From the NCBI RefSeq assembly GCF_006345805.1, contig NC_042999.1:44330001-44394000 (forward strand): a stretch of DNA of 64,000 nucleotides, written 5' to 3'. Below, in pieces: positions 37,945 to 50,338 of this stretch. Positions within the stretch are counted from its first letter, which is position 1. Every line of letters starts with the position of its first letter. The translations under genes were made by a program, and so were the position numbers. Under the pieces are notes generated by a model that saw nothing but the letters and a program-made list of their open reading frames with translations, did not search any database and was not told the origin of the DNA. Source of the stretch: Octopus sinensis. Taxonomy: Eukaryota.

Positions 37945-38320
37945 AATTAGATGATAGATTAAGTGTGGGTTAGATGGTAGAATAAATATGAATTAGGTTG
38001 TGGATTGTGTGTGGGCTAGATGATGGCTTAGTTGGTGGATTAGATGGTGGATTAAGTATGGGTTAGATAGTGGATTAAGTGTGGGTTACATGGTGGATTA
38101 CGTATGGGTTAGATGGTGGATTAAGTATGGGTTAAATGATGGGTTGTGTGTGGATTAAACCATGGATTATATATGGATTAGATGGTGGATTGTGTGTGGG
38201 GTAGATGGTACATTATTTGTGGGTCAGATGGTGGATTAAGTGTGAATTATATGGAGGATTACGTGTGGACTAGTCAGTGAATTAAGGGCAGTTAAGTGTG
38301 GGTCAGATGGTAGATTAATT
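37945..38320. repeat. Minisatellite, about 23-bp unit (gattaagtgtgggttagatggtg)
   Basis: About 15 degenerate tandem units. Confidence 0.85.
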
Positions 38321-38419
38321 AATGTTCCTCAAATTTCAAGTTCAGATCTTGCTGTCAACCTTACATTGTATTTTTACAAGCCACTGAGAGAACCTCTACA
38401 TGATTTCTTAACCCGATAG

Positions 38420-38922
38420 AAATAATAATAATAATAATGAAATTATTGTATACAGTGCTCAGGTGCATCACAACTTGTCAGAGTATATGCAGTAATGTAC
38501 AAATGTCTGGAAAGCAAACAATGCATGAGTCAGATACATGTTTGTGTATGTATGGAGGGGAGAAAATCAGGTGTAGTGTTGGCGAATCTCAGAAAGCATG
38601 GAAGTTTTGAAGGATGCAGTGCTCTGACAACTAACAACTGATGCTGGCAGTTTGTTCCATGCTTCAGCAACTCTCAGCGTGAAAAAATGTTTCCTGAAGT
38701 CATGGGAGCTGTGCTGTTTTCTGACTTTGTAAATATGTCCACGGGTGTTAGATGGGTGGAGTTTGAAAAGGTGCTCAGAGTTATTGTTTGTATGATAGTT
38801 GATAATTTTATGTGTGTCTGCCACATAAAATTATCAACCATCGTACAAACAATAACTCTGAGCACCTTTTCAAACTCCACCCATCTAACACCCGTGGACA
38901 TATTTACAAAGTCAGAAAACAG
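38420..38922 (-). mobile_element. 5'-truncated CR1/L2-type LINE 3' end with foldback inversion
   Basis: NTRGHIYKV...RKHFFTLRVAEAWNKLP..V...FK motif, (ATT)n tail, 101-bp palindrome at the truncation point. Confidence 0.85.
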
Positions 38923-39604
38923 AAAATAACAAAGAAATTCTTGTGATAACACCCATATGATCTTCCAAAGTGAGGGTGACACTTTACAATGTAGTTTTGG
39001 ATATGGCGATGCCCAAGAGGCTGTCATGGCTGCATTCCTTGTCTTATAGATTCTGCTTAGTTGTTAAGGATGACTTGGGATTAAACAACAGCATCATTGT
39101 GCTTTTGCATAAATTAGATTGCTCATTCATCTAAGCTGAAAAAAAAAATCCTGAGGCCATCTTTTGTAAAGATAATATAGGGATTTGACAAATATTTGGT
39201 GTAGAAGCTGTTGTACAGTGCCCTAAAGCAGTATTTCTCAAAGTGAGTTCTATGGACCCCAAAAGTTCCATGAAAATATTCTGGGATTCTGTGTGATAAG
39301 GTACGTTTTTAAAAAAAAAATTAACAAAAATTAATTTTATGAAAAAATTGAAGTTGTCAATTTCAAAATAATAAATTATATTTATTTTTTTATATAAATA
39401 AATACTCTTCTATATTAGATGTTTGTCTGTAAAATAAAGCCGTATAAGCTCTGTAATTTCTGAAAAAATTACATACAAGTTCCATGATAAAATAAGTTTA
39501 GGCACCACTGCCTTTGATCAAGAGTGCTAACTAGACTTTCTTTAGTTTGCCTAATAATAATAATAATAATAATAATGTTTTATAAAGATTGTTGTTCATA
39601 TGCA

Positions 39605-40065
39605 CCACATGAGAGATGACTGCACTGGTATGGTCATGTGATGTATATGGATGAGGACAGCTGTGTAAAAAAGTGCCAATCTCTAACTGTGGAGGGGAAT
39701 TGTGGAAGAGTTAGACCCAGGAAGACATCGGATGAGGTGGTGAAGCTTGATCTTCAAACATTGGTGATGACAAGTGACCAAGACCTTTGGCAATATGCTG
39801 TGCTTGAGAAGATTCATCAAGCCAAGTGAAAATTTAGTTGTGGCCAATGCCAGGGTCATATGACTGGCACCTAAAAACACCTATGCCAGTGGCATGTAAA
39901 GAGCACCCGTTACACTCTTGGAGTGGTTGGCATTAGGAAGGGCATCCAACCATAGAAGCCATGCCAAATCAGAATGAAACTTGGTTGCGACTCTCTGGCT
40001 TACTGGCTTTAGTCAAACTGTCTAACTCATGCCAGCATGGAAAGCAGATGCTAAACGATGATGAC
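39605..40065 (+). mobile_element. RTE LINE 3' fragment
   Basis: HWYGHVMYMDEDSCVKKCQSLTVEGNCGRVRPRKT plus tail. Confidence 0.8.
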
Positions 40066-40440
40066 ATAAATCTTCATGAAGGTAAATAGACAATGAAAAG
40101 AATGTGATGCAATTTGTAATAGTTTATTTAACAGTTTGAACAATATTTCAGCAGCTTGTCTGTCTTCTCCAGGTTAATAATAATAAACAATCCTTCCTAG
40201 TGTAACAGGATGAAAGGTCTGTAACACATGAGGGGTGCAGGTCTCATCCCGTTACATTAAATTATTTGTTGAAGGAAAAGCCAAGACATCGAATATCTTC
40301 AAGCAGCATAAATATTTTTTATTTCCTGGATTTGCAATAATATATATATATATATATATCCTTCAGGGCGAACCGGTAGCCATGGAACTAGTCACAGTAG
40401 TTAAATGGTGTGAACCAAATCCTATTTTGTTCCAGCATAG

Positions 40441-40649
40441 TGTAGCTTTGCCACGTGGTGGCAGCTTAGTAGAGCTATGAGGACGCGTCCATTCAATTCG
40501 GTGTCAGCTTCAAGAGAGAGAACGATACACGGGAAGTTTAGCTGCTGGTAGTTCTCTGCGCATGCACATGAGGGGACTTCCGGCAGCCTCCCGGAAGAAA
40601 TCCAACTCTGCGCATGCGTGCTGAAGACTTCCAAAATCGCGTCACTACA
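40441..40649. mobile_element. Possible solo LTR or GC-rich regulatory island
   Basis: TGTAG...CTACA termini, atag/ctag flanks, CpG-rich, two tgcgcatgc and two ETS-like ccggaag motifs. Confidence 0.4.
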
Positions 40650-41016
40650 CTAGTGTAGGCACAAAGCTTGAAATTTTGTGAGAGGGGCTAGTCTATTACA
40701 TTGACCTCAGTACGCAACTGGTACTTTATTTTATCAACCCTGAAATGATTAAGGGCAAAGTCAACCTTGGCAGGATTTGAACTCAGAATGTAAAGACGGG
40801 CTAAATGCCGCTAAGCATTTTGTCCGGCTTACTAATGACTCTGCCAACTCATCCCTGCTTCTCTTCTTCTTTTACAACTCAGTTGCTAGCAATCCAGCTG
40901 TAAAAAAATTAATCCAACAAGTGATTCATCTTCCCCCAGGGAAAGACAGATATAAAACAAAAAACATAATATGAAAAGAAAACAACTATGTTTCAAACAA
41001 AAATGTAAATATTTAC

Positions 41017-41087
41017 CATTTCATTTTAAGAAAGTTTTCACAAACAGGATGTGAAAGTAAATCTTCTCTTCCAAGTTTTGCCATCAT
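41017..41087 (-). CDS. TRPA1: TRPA1-like exon (pre-S1 helix)
   Basis: aaAG|MMAKLGREDLLSHPVCENFLKMK(W)|GTaaat; LL.HPVC..FL.MKW signature. Confidence 0.95.
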
Positions 41088-41319
41088 CTTTTGGAAGATA
41101 TATAAAAAAATTATGTGATTAGTCATTTGTCATTTGAAATAATATTTTCATTACTTTTAGTAAATGAAGTTACATTAGTCGTTTTTGGTTCTAATTTGTT
41201 GAATGGAAAGTATTTTTATATTTATTCACACACACACATACAAGCGTACACATAGATGCTCATACATGCATGCACACCCATACACACACATACACACACA
41301 AATATTAAAAAATGGTTGA

Positions 41320-41644
41320 TAGATAGATAGATAGGTAAATAGATAGATAGATGATAGACAGATGGACAAATGGATGGACAGACAGATGGACAGACAGACA
41401 GATGAATAAATGGATGGATGAACAAACAGAGAGACAGACAGACAGACAGAGAGATAGTCAGACAGATAGACAGACAGACAGAGAGATAGTCAGACAGACA
41501 GATAGATAGATAGACAGTCAGACAGACAGATAGATAGATAGACAGTCAGACAGACAGATGAACGGATGGATGGACAGAGACAGATAGAGAGGTAGTCAGA
41601 TAGACAGACAGATTAAATAGTTAGAGAGCTAGATAGATAAATAG

Positions 41645-41675
<31 letters not shown>

Positions 41676-41692
41676 GATAGAGAGATAGATAG
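41320..41692. repeat. (GATA/GACA/GATG)n compound microsatellite
   Basis: Direct inspection. Confidence 0.92.
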
Positions 41693-41779
41693 AGTGCTTG
41701 TCTCTACTTCTCTACAATAGTTTCATGCTAGTATCCAGGAATTTGGACATGGTGATGTTTTATCAAACTTTTGTCATAG

Positions 41780-42437
41780 GAGGCAATGACAAGCGACTGA
41801 GGCCTTTGGACATATGCTGTGCTTGAGAAGACTTAGCAAGCCAAGTGAGACCGTAGCCATGGCCTATGCCAGTGTTGCATAACCGGCCCATTTAAGAGTA
41901 CCCTTCAATCATTGGGCAATATACTGTGCTTGAGAAAACCTGTTGAATCAAGTGAAATCATTATCGTGGTCGATGCCAGTACTGCCTGACTGGCACCCAT
42001 GCCAGTGGCATGTAAAAAGCTCCATACGAGCATGGTTGATGCCAGTGCCACTTGACTGGCTCCCATGCCAGTGACATGTAAAAAGCACCATACAAGTGTG
42101 GTTGATGCCAGTGCGGTCTGATGGGCTCCCGTGCCGGTGGCATATAAAAAGCATCATTCGAGCATGGTCGTTGCCAGTGCCACCTGACTAGCTCAGATAC
42201 TGGTGGCACGTAAAAAGCACCCTTTGATTGTGGTTGATGCCAGTACCACCTAACTGGCTCCCATGCCGGTGACATGTAAAAAGAACCCACTACACTCTCA
42301 GAGTGGTTGGCGTCAGGAAGGGCATCCAGCTGTAGAAACCTTGCCAGATCAGATTGGAACTTGGTGCAGCCTCCTGGCTTGCCAGTCGTCAGTCAAACCG
42401 TCCAACCCATGGAAAGTGGACGTTAAATGATGATGAT
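41780..42437 (+). mobile_element. RTE LINE 3'UTR with about six 51-bp tandem units
   Basis: gatgccagt..actggctcccatgccagtggcatgtaaaaagcacc repeats and (GAT)n tail. Confidence 0.82.
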
Positions 42438-42559
42438 GTGTTGAAGCAAAAGACAAGATAACAGATAATATTTATAAATCTAGACCCTGTAGGCGGAAAA
42501 AAAATGCTGAATCTGTAGCAGATTGATGTTACTGGAGATGATGGAATACATATAATCAG

Positions 42560-42665
42560 GAGAAGAAGAAGAAGACGACGAAGAAAAAAAAAGAAGAAGA
42601 AGAAGAAGAAGAAGAAGAAGAACAACAACAACAACAACAACAAAAACAACAAAAACAGAAAGAAG
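42560..42665. repeat. (GAA)n/(CAA)n microsatellite
   Basis: Direct inspection. Confidence 0.92.
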
Positions 42666-42806
42666 AGAAATGAAGAAAGGAACAAGAGTGGAGGAGAAAA
42701 GGTGAAAAAAAATTGAAAGAATTAATAAAGAAGGGAAAAAAATTGATTTATAGAAGCTTCTATCTATGATAATTTGATGAATTAAAAAATAGCAATATCT
42801 ACTTAC

Positions 42807-42902
42807 GACTAAGCAGGATAAAGGCCCAAAGCTCTCTTTCTGGGCTGGCTTCTTCTTGTGGTAAATTGCTGGATGTTGCATGTGTTTGAAGTTAAATTCA
42901 AT
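42807..42902 (-). CDS. TRPA1: TRPA1-like exon (coupling/linker domain)
   Basis: ttcaAG|IEFNFKHMQHPAIYHKKKPAQKESFGPLSCLV|GTaagt, compare human IEYNFKYLQCP..EPLTAL. Confidence 0.92.
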
Positions 42903-43479
42903 CTTGAAATATTAAAAGGTGGGGGAAAAAAAAACCAACAATGAAACAACAATAAAAATCATTGATTTCTCAGATTGGCACACAGCTAGAAATTTTCAAC
43001 GAAGGTATAATTAAGTAATTCAACTTCAATATATGACTGGTATTTATTTCAAACTAATGAGTGACCTCTATATGATTAGAGAATCTTTTAAAATTTCCCT
43101 CAAATCACACTTGCATCATTATCATTATCTGTTTTCCATGCTGGTACGGGTTGGATGGTTTGACAGGAGCCGGCAAGCCAAAGGACTATGCCAGGTTCCA
43201 TTGTCTGCTTTGGTATGGTTTCAATTGTTGGATGCCCTTCCTAATGCAATTACTTTACAGAGTGTACTGGGTACTTTTTACATGACACCAGCACTGGTCC
43301 TTTTTATATGGCATCTTTAGTTCCTGAAGCACCATAAGAGGAAACAAAGTATATTTTGTTGGACTAATGGCTGTGGATGAAATATATATCATACATACAT
43401 AAATACACACACACACACACGCAAACACATATGTATATTATGAGGCAATTTGGCCTCATGGAGGCAATTTGGCCTCATG

Positions 43480-44051
43480 GAGGCAATGATGAAAGACCGA
43501 GATCTCTGGAGATATGCTGTGACTGCGAAGACCCGACAAATAACGTGAGTTCATGGCTGTTTCCTGCACCAGCTTCACATAGCAGCCCCAGCCCATCCAA
43601 AGTATCTTAGATTGCAGGACGGCCTGCTGTGCTTACCTTGGATCATAGGGCGACCTGCTGTGCTTGAGGAGACATATTGAGTCAAGTACATCAACATCAA
43701 AATAAAAATTAAATGGAAATTGTAGGTGTGATACCCTTGCCGGTGGCACATAAAAAGCACCATCTGAACATGGCTGATGCCAGTGCCACCTTGACTGGCT
43801 TTCGTGCCGGTGGCTCATAAAAAGCACCAACTGATCGTGGCCGTTGCCAGCCTCCCCTGGCACCTGTGTCAGTAGCACGTAAAAAGCACCCACTACACTC
43901 ACAGAGTTGTTGGCATTAGGAAGGGTAGCCAGCTGTAGAAACACTGCCAGATCAGACTGGAGCCTGATGCAGCCTCCTGGCTTTCCAGACCCCGGTTGAA
44001 CTGTCCAACCCATGCTAGCATGGAAAATGGACGTTAAACGATGATGATGAT
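43480..44051 (+). mobile_element. RTE LINE 3'UTR
   Basis: Same family tail. Confidence 0.82.
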
Positions 44052-44683
44052 GTGTGTGTGTGCATATTAGTCACAGCCTTACATTATATTGCACAAATAT
44101 ATGATAAAATGAAATTAAAGCAAAATATTACTGGTATCTTTTTTTTTTTATCTGCAGCAGGCATGAAAGACAAATCTAAATCAGTCAGTTTCAACTCTCT
44201 TAAACAATGCAACAAATGAAGTACCACTGTGTTGTTGAAGATTGAATCTTTGGATTCATATCTACTACACACCAAGAAATCTTAAAAAACACATTGAAAT
44301 TTATAAGTAGCTATTAATGTGTAAAGCATGAGGAGAGAATTTATTGAGAATTGAAGTCACATTGCACAAAACACCATCATCCTTCAGTATGGTTGAACAA
44401 CCAATCTCAACCAGTTAGGATCCACAGTTTGCATTATACTGTTCATCTTTTTGACCCCTGAGTGCAAAACATGACTCACAAAACCCCTGTTTGGGTGATT
44501 TTACATAATTTTGAATGCATTACTTTCTGGAAACATATTACCATTCTTATAGCACAGTTATTAAATGATTCAAATCATGGACTTAAAATGTATCCATCAA
44601 ACAATAGTTATTTTAAGTTCTAATGACTTATAGAACAAATGTAATGAACCAACTTTATCATGATATAAAGACATAAAACTTAC

Positions 44684-44743
44684 ATAAAAATGATAGCTCT
44701 TTGGTTGATGACTTGAAGAAGTCTGGCATCGATCTAAGACAGC
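44684..44743 (-). CDS. TRPA1: TRPA1-like exon (linker)
   Basis: ttctAG|AVLDRCQTSSSHQPKSYHFY|GTaagt. Confidence 0.92.
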
Positions 44744-46006
44744 CTAGAAGGATAAATTCAAATAATGTAGTAAAGAATAAAAACATAGAACCATAGTTTT
44801 GCAGTGTATATCTTCTAGGCATGGCTATAGTGTTAAGAAGTTTGCTTTGCAACCATATGGTTTCAGGTTCAGTCCCACTATGTAGCACCTTGGGCATGTG
44901 TCTTCTTCTATAGCCCTGTGTTGAAATGATTTGTCAATAGAGGAGAGAGAGTAAGACGATTACAGTGACCATAGTCTTCAATTGACATTATTTTATTGAT
45001 CTTGTAAAGAGAAAAGGCAAAGTTGATCTTGGTGCTATTTGAACTTAGAATGTGAAGACATGAAATGTTACTAAGTGTTTTGTCTGGAATGCTAACAGTT
45101 CTGCCAGCTTGCCACCTCTAAACTGTTAAATGATACTGATTGATGACCCCCATCCTGTGGAAACTACAGTTAGATAAACAGGAACAATTTGAAAATTGTC
45201 TTTACCTCAAATATGTTGCAGTGCAAACCATAATATGTATATGATGACATGTCATCTGGTTTACTGATGCTCAACCAAGCCAGCCATCTGTTCTTTGAAA
45301 TCCTAAATCAATAATTCTCAATAAGTGTTATTGTATTTGATGGCACATAAATACAGTGACCGAGCGAAGGAACAAGCAGGGCCCCTACTTTCGTGGACAA
45401 AACCACATGTCCAGGGGGTGAATCCATCAGCCTGCGGGATTGGCTGCAAACCCTTCGATGCACGGATCATAACCTCACATAAATAGCTGTGGTGCACCTG
45501 AGCAGTTGTGGTGTACCTGAGCACTATATACAATAATTTCATTATTATTATCATTTCATTATTATTATAAGACAAACATTTAAAAAAGCAAGTCTCAAAA
45601 CAATACTTGAAATATATGAAATTGGGCCTATTATTATATGGCTTTAATACACAAAAAACTTTTTTTCCTGAATATGCACAACTGAAATTAGTGTGCATCT
45701 AATATACCCATATGTCTTTAATACCATTAAATATAGATTTTATATTTACTACATAAATCTTCTAGTGATTGATTCATGATAAAATATATTTAAAACCATC
45801 AAAATCTTTTCATAGCTGTGTAGGTCTTCATTTTTCATAACCTTTAATTTCTTATAGCTTCTCATCTTCAATATTCTTATATGATATTACAAAATCTACA
45901 TTCATCTTTCCACCATGAGATCATGTAAACATTATGTTATAAAACTTGATTTTAATTAAGATTAATAAGGTTCAAATCATTCCCATCTTTTTAGGGATTG
46001 TAGATA

Positions 46007-46227
46007 TATGAGGGGTTACTGAAAAGTTCCTGGCTTTAAGGGTATCACAAAAGTCTAGGTTGGAGGCCCAACTTTCTGAGTTCTCTTACAGGGCTTAGGA
46101 AAACTGAAGGACCACTGCAACAAGTGTGTGAATCTGTGTTGGATCTATGCTGGATAAAACTATAATTAACTGATCTTCCTGTATTTTCTTTTACCCAAAG
46201 CCAGGAACTTTTTAGCAGCCCCTCATA
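46007..46227. mobile_element. Mariner-type MITE
   Basis: TA-tgaggggttactgaaaagttcctggcttt ... aaagccaggaactttttagcagcccctca-TA terminal inverted repeats. Confidence 0.82.
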
Positions 46228-46538
46228 TGTATATTTATAGTTGTACATGTATTTACAGTTCCATCATATCATAAGAAAAAGGTAGACAATGAAATTAGTA
46301 CCAAATGAAGTAGCCCAGTAAGAATTATTGGTTTGTTGAAGATTACCCACATGGTAATTGACTCAATTTGAGTGTTATAATTAACATAATTTTATGCTTA
46401 GCAACTGGAATCAGTCTGTGACATATATGAGAATATTACTTATAATATTAATAATAATAATATAACAGTGAATGATAACAAAATAGCACTAAATGATATG
46501 GATTAGTTGAGAGTCATAAATGAAACTGACTTGCTCAC

Positions 46539-46623
46539 CATACAAACTTCAGGAAGTTGTCGAACAAGGCCAATCATTGGCCAGCCATATAACACAGAAT
46601 ATAGCTCCATACATTCCTCCCAT
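46539..46623 (-). CDS. TRPA1: TRPA1-like exon (electrophile-pocket region)
   Basis: ttacAG|(R)WEECMELYSVLYGWPMIGLVRQLPEVCM|GTgagc. Confidence 0.93.
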
Positions 46624-47569
46624 CTGTAAAATATCAATAACAATAACAACAATAATTGTTTCAAATTTTGGCATAAGGTTAACAGTTTTAGGGGGTGGGG
46701 TAGTTGATTGCATCAACCCCAGTACTTGACTGGTACTTTTATTTTATCAACCCTAAAAGGATGAATGTCTGTGTGTTTAAGGAGTTTGCTTTGAAACCAT
46801 ATAGTTCCAAAGGATGTGTGACTCAGGAGTGCATGAGTAGGGATGATGCCAGTTCTGAGTATCAGTGGCCACTAATCTATGTAGAAAAAATAAACAGAAA
46901 TAATATAGTATGACTCTGAACCAGATGTATGTTGATGATCAACTTCATGTTAATCAGATGGTAGGTTGTTCTTCTTTAGAATGCATGGTGCATTAAAGAG
47001 CTACCTAGAAAATATTACATGGTGGGGAAAAAAGAATGATATTAGTCCTTCACTAATATCATTTTTATTTCGGCAAGTATGAGAGTCAAGTCTGAACAGG
47101 TTTTAATCATGGTATGCTCTCATTATCAAAGTATAGGCTTCACTGTACTTTTCAAAGTAATAAAGTAATTGTACAATTATTGTAATGTAAGGGCTGTTGG
47201 GGGAGGGGCAGAGGCATAGGGCCAGTGAATGGCCAAGGGGTCTTGCTGTAAGGAGAGGAGTGAGGGAGGCCATGTGAGCAGAAGGATGACTAGTGTGGGC
47301 CTCTTTTGCTTTGGATCTGTTGCTCACAGTGGATGTGGTGACTGTGTGAGTTCAGGGAGTTTGCTGTTAGATTCTGGCTAGAGGTTAGACAGATAAGGCT
47401 CCTACAGATATATCTCAGCTGGAAAGGATCAATGTTACATGTAAACTCACAAGTTAGGTGAACTTTTTCCCCCCATTACACGTATAATAAAACTGTTCAA
47501 TAAATAAATAATTCAGAGGTACATCTACATTAAAAAATAATAAATCTTAAGTTAGATTTAAACATATTT

Positions 47570-48000
47570 AGGTCTTCCTGCATGATGAGATGTATAAGGC
47601 AACAAACTTTCTCCATTGTGGCTGATCTAACACAGTTCTTGTTGTACCTGTCCAACCAATCACTATGCATTTAAGGTCCTCCTGGAATTTCCAGCACAGG
47701 TGTTCTTAATAGGTGCTTTTCTTGTTTTCCTTCTTTCAGCGTGCATTTTTCTGCAGTCTTTGCATCCTGAATGGCTGGCAGACCCAAAATATGACCTGCT
47801 AGATGAAACCAACACAATACCATGGTGTTTTGCAGTGATTGGGATTCTCTTTGAAAAAGGATTTCCTCATTTGTAATTCTATCTCACAAGTGACTTTGCA
47901 AATTCTTTGCATGGATCATTGATACTTCTTGACTAACTTCACTCTCATTTTCTAAGTTTCACTGCCACAGAGAACCATTGGTAGAACTATTGTACTATAA
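47570..48000 (-). mobile_element. Ancient RTE-type LINE RT C-terminal fragment
   Basis: Degenerate VLCGSE..ITNEEI..LAGHIL..W motifs with stops and frameshifts. Confidence 0.5.
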
Positions 48001-48181
48001 AATTGTACCTTCACTATTCTAGAATACAGCCCCTGTTTTGAAAATTATACAATTCACATTACATCCTATTTACAGAAAGCGCTGTAAAGAATAGAAGAGT
48101 CAAGTTAATATTAGCATATTCAATGGAGGCTAACAAGAAACATTTGCATAGCAATGAAGAAAGAAACAAAAAAGTTTTTAC

Positions 48182-48348
48182 CTTTCATGTAAAACTACTG
48201 TCATTGCTGCATCATGATGTTTGTTATAAATAATGTAATCAAAAAAGGTTTTCTCTTCATTATTGGAATCAAGTTTGGCTCTGAGAGTTAACAGAACGTT
48301 TACCATTGCTGCATGCCCTTCAGCAGCAGTGACATGAAGGGGTGTATC
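48182..48348 (-). CDS. TRPA1: TRPA1-like exon (last ankyrin repeats)
   Basis: ttttAG|DTPLHVTAAEGHAAMVNVLLTLRAKL...AAMTVVLHE(R)|GTaaaa. Confidence 0.95.
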
Positions 48349-48537
48349 CTAAAAACAAAAATTTAAGTCATTGATATTTCATTGTGCATTTGTGTGTAGT
48401 GCATTTTATATATATATATATGTCTGTGTTTTAATCTCTACCTGATCGGCTTGAAGAATTGTTAAGATATTTCTTAACAAGTAAACAATCGTAGCCTTAA
48501 TACACAAATACAGAATCTTTATCCACCAATGCATATA

Positions 48538-48949
48538 TCTAGTATATATAAATCACAGTATGTGTGTGTATATTGACTAACGTATGCATTTCCACAATTC
48601 TCAACTGATTTTCACCAAACTTTATACACACATTAATTATGTGCCAAGGATGGCCATGCATTTTGCCCAGAGTTCCAGTGTAAAAGGACAAACAAGGAAA
48701 AACGGTGGTTTACATGGGCTTTTCTCTAATTCCTTGCATTATTCTTTTATTCTTTTACTTGTTTCAGTCATTTGACTGCAGCAATATTGGAGCACCGCCT
48801 TTAGTTGAACAAATCGAGCCCAGGACTTATTTTTTGTAAGCCTAGTACTTATTCTATCAGTTTCTTTTGCTGAACCACTAAGTTACAGGGATGTACACAC
48901 ACCAGCATCAGTTGTCAAGTGATGGTAGGAGGGCAAACACAGACACACA

Positions 48950-48986
<37 letters not shown>

Positions 48987-49548
48987 ACACACACATATGC
49001 ATATGACAGGCTTCTTTCAGTTCCCATCTACCAAATCCACTCACAAGGCTTTGATTGGCTGAAGGCTATAGTAAAAGACACTTGCCCAAGGTGCCACACA
49101 GTGGGACTCAATCTGTAACCATGTGGTTGGTAAGCAAGCTACTTACTACACAGCCACTCCTGTACCTATGTACATAGTTTTTTCGTATGTAGGGTCTTCC
49201 ATACTTTTTTTAATCTATATGGTCATATATTATATCATTAGAGAATATTTTTAGTGGTTTTCACATTTTTTGATTTATTATTTATTTGTATGTTGTAATT
49301 GTGCATTATTACTTTCTATTTTTTTAAATATGTGTATTGGTGTGTATTGTTTGAGGGTTTTGGCTAGAGAATATTACAAAAGTGAAAGGATTTTGTCTTT
49401 ATATTTATTTCGACTGTTTTCCATACTTTTTAATCTATATGGTCGTATATTTGCATTACAGAATATTTTTTTTTAGTTGTTTTTACATTATTTTGATGTA
49501 TTATTTATTTATATGTTAAACCGTCCAAAGGACAGCTGCGTTTGCTAG
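48538..49548 (+). mobile_element. Non-autonomous Helitron with nested SINE A (48745-49165, -)
   Basis: 5' a|TCtagtatatataaa, 3' hairpin ccgtccaaaggacag then gCTAG|t. Confidence 0.6.
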
Positions 49549-49612
<64 letters not shown>

Positions 49613-49937
49613 ATAAGGATTTATAAACTTTTGAGAGAATGTAACATCATTCTTTTATGGAACAGTGAATTCAAAGCACATAAAACTATAAATAATTACG
49701 TGTAGACCATGGGTTGTATATATGTGTGTATGTATGCATTAATGAAAATCTTAACAGAGAATCATTACAAACAGTTAAACTGGGGCACTACCTTGAGTGG
49801 TTTTAGTGGAACAAATCAACCCCTGCACCTGTTTTTTTTAAGTCTGGTACTTAATCTATCAGTTGCTATTGTTGAACAAGCAGTGGGTTACAAACACAGA
49901 TACAAAGACACAGACACACATGCACATATATATATAT

Positions 49938-50338
49938 ACTCTTTATTCTTTTTTACTTCAGTCATTTGACTGTGGCCATGCTGGAGCACCGCCTTTGGTC
50001 AAGCAAATCGACCACAGGACTTATTCTTTGTAAGCCTAGTACTTAATCTATCGGTCTCTTTTACCGAACCGCTAAGTTATGGGGACATAAACATGCCAGC
50101 ACCGGTTGTCAAGCGATGTTGGGTGGGGGGGACAAACACAGACACACAAACACACACACACATATATGTATACATATATACGACAGGCTTCTTTCAGTTT
50201 CTGTCCAACAAATCCACTCACCAGGCTTTGGTCGGCCCGAGGCTATAGTAGAAGACACTTGCCCAAGATGCCTCGCAGTGGTACTGAACCCAGAACCATG
50301 TGGTTGGTAAGCAAGCTACTTACTACACAGCCACTCCT
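49938..50338 (-). mobile_element. SINE family A
   Basis: Full-length copy. Confidence 0.85.

Noticed and set aside
41960-42290. CRISPR-like repeat array (also 11140-11290, 53740-53920, 63265-63410)
   Set aside because: Degenerate tandem units of the RTE LINE 3'UTR; no unique spacers, no cas genes, eukaryotic context.
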